Positions 16,649 through 17,130 of a stretch of 17,130 nucleotides of DNA are shown one piece after another. The notes beneath the pieces are model-generated. The model worked only from the letters and a program-made list of their open reading frames with translations. It had not been told where the DNA came from and did not search any database. A program made the translations under genes and the position numbers. Where the stretch lies: NCBI GenBank assembly GCA_905178155.1, contig CAJINV010000025.1, forward strand, positions 360,934-378,063, given 5' to 3'. Position 1 is the stretch's first letter. Every line of letters begins with the position of its first letter. Source of the stretch: Amoebophrya sp. A120. Lineage: Eukaryota; Protista; Dinoflagellata.

Positions 16649-17130
16649 GACGTGGCCGGGCCATTAAACGGCGGGGGCGATGATCGAACAAGTTCGGATC
16701 TTGGAGGCGATCAAGCCCAAGTTCGCTTCCATAGATCGGATCTATGGAAGCGTCAGGTTTGAAATCGTCAAAGTTGAAATAATTTGTAATGCATAAAATG
16801 CATGGCCCGAGGCACGTGCGTTGCAGAGCAGGCAAGTGAGGCCGATTGTCCGCCTGTTTGGGGTTCCAGCTCGAGCTGCTAAAGTAGCATGAGAAAATCG
16901 CTCGTCTTTGCCTAAACAGCGTGACAAACTAGATGTAGGGACCACCGAAATTTGTCATGCGCCACTTAGAAACTGGGTTCCAACTGGCATCCATTTTATG
17001 CATGACAAATTATTTCAACTTTGTCGATTTCAACTCTGACACATCCATACGATGGGGGTGGTGGCGATCAGGGTGGTGGCGATGGCGATGGTGGTGGCTT
17101 CTCTCCACAGGAGCCTCCTGATGAACCTGA
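16649..17130 (+). CDS. Partial split CDS, Gly/Asp-rich; segments ~16649-16742 and 17055->17130
   Basis: The joined frame DVAGPLNGGGDDRTSSDLGGDQAQVRFHRSD/(R or G)GGGDQGGGDGDGGGFSPQEPPDEP is open, with GGD motifs on both sides of the element. Confidence 0.6.
16743..17049. mobile_element. Family C element (307 bp), inverted relative to 6153-6459
   Basis: tatggaagcgtcaggtttgaaatcgtcaaagttgaaata / tatttcaactttgtcgatttcaactctgacacatccata; flanks ggatc/cgatg (3/5). Confidence 0.9.

Noticed and set aside
2687-16945. Many ORFs containing FQTQTFLHLI, KCKNVWVWK or CLGLEDC
   Set aside because: These are translations of the family A TIR in different frames, not a protein family.

Overview
Eukaryotic, repeat-dense genomic DNA with no rRNA, tRNA, CRISPR array, recognisable operon or transposase. 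About 20 non-coding elements (mostly 150-310 bp, one 909 bp) start with TAT and end with ATA. They carry ~25-55 bp terminal inverted repeats (TIRs) of at least 6 different sequences, most are rich in TGTNATGC/GCATNACA motifs, and they are flanked by 5-bp direct repeats (11 perfect cases). Removing each element plus one repeat copy by hand joins the GC-richer spacers into continuous + strand ORFs: 292 codons at 2445-4871 (7 segments, signal-peptide-like start), plus pieces at 5755-6606, 12023-12676 and 16649->17130. Among the junctions I checked (2445-4871), only 2601-2761 reads GT-AG, and related elements sit in both orientations within + strand ORFs. They therefore look like transposon-derived non-canonical introns (introners), similar to those described in the parasitic dinoflagellate Amoebophrya; the organism and the splicing are inferred, not shown. 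The window also holds a composite two-element unit carrying a 59-bp spacer, an 871-bp full palindrome, a probable non-LTR insertion nested in one element, a 1.9-kb hairpin-array insert, and segmental duplicates that supply empty insertion sites. Most ORFs in the supplied track are artefacts of these repeats.
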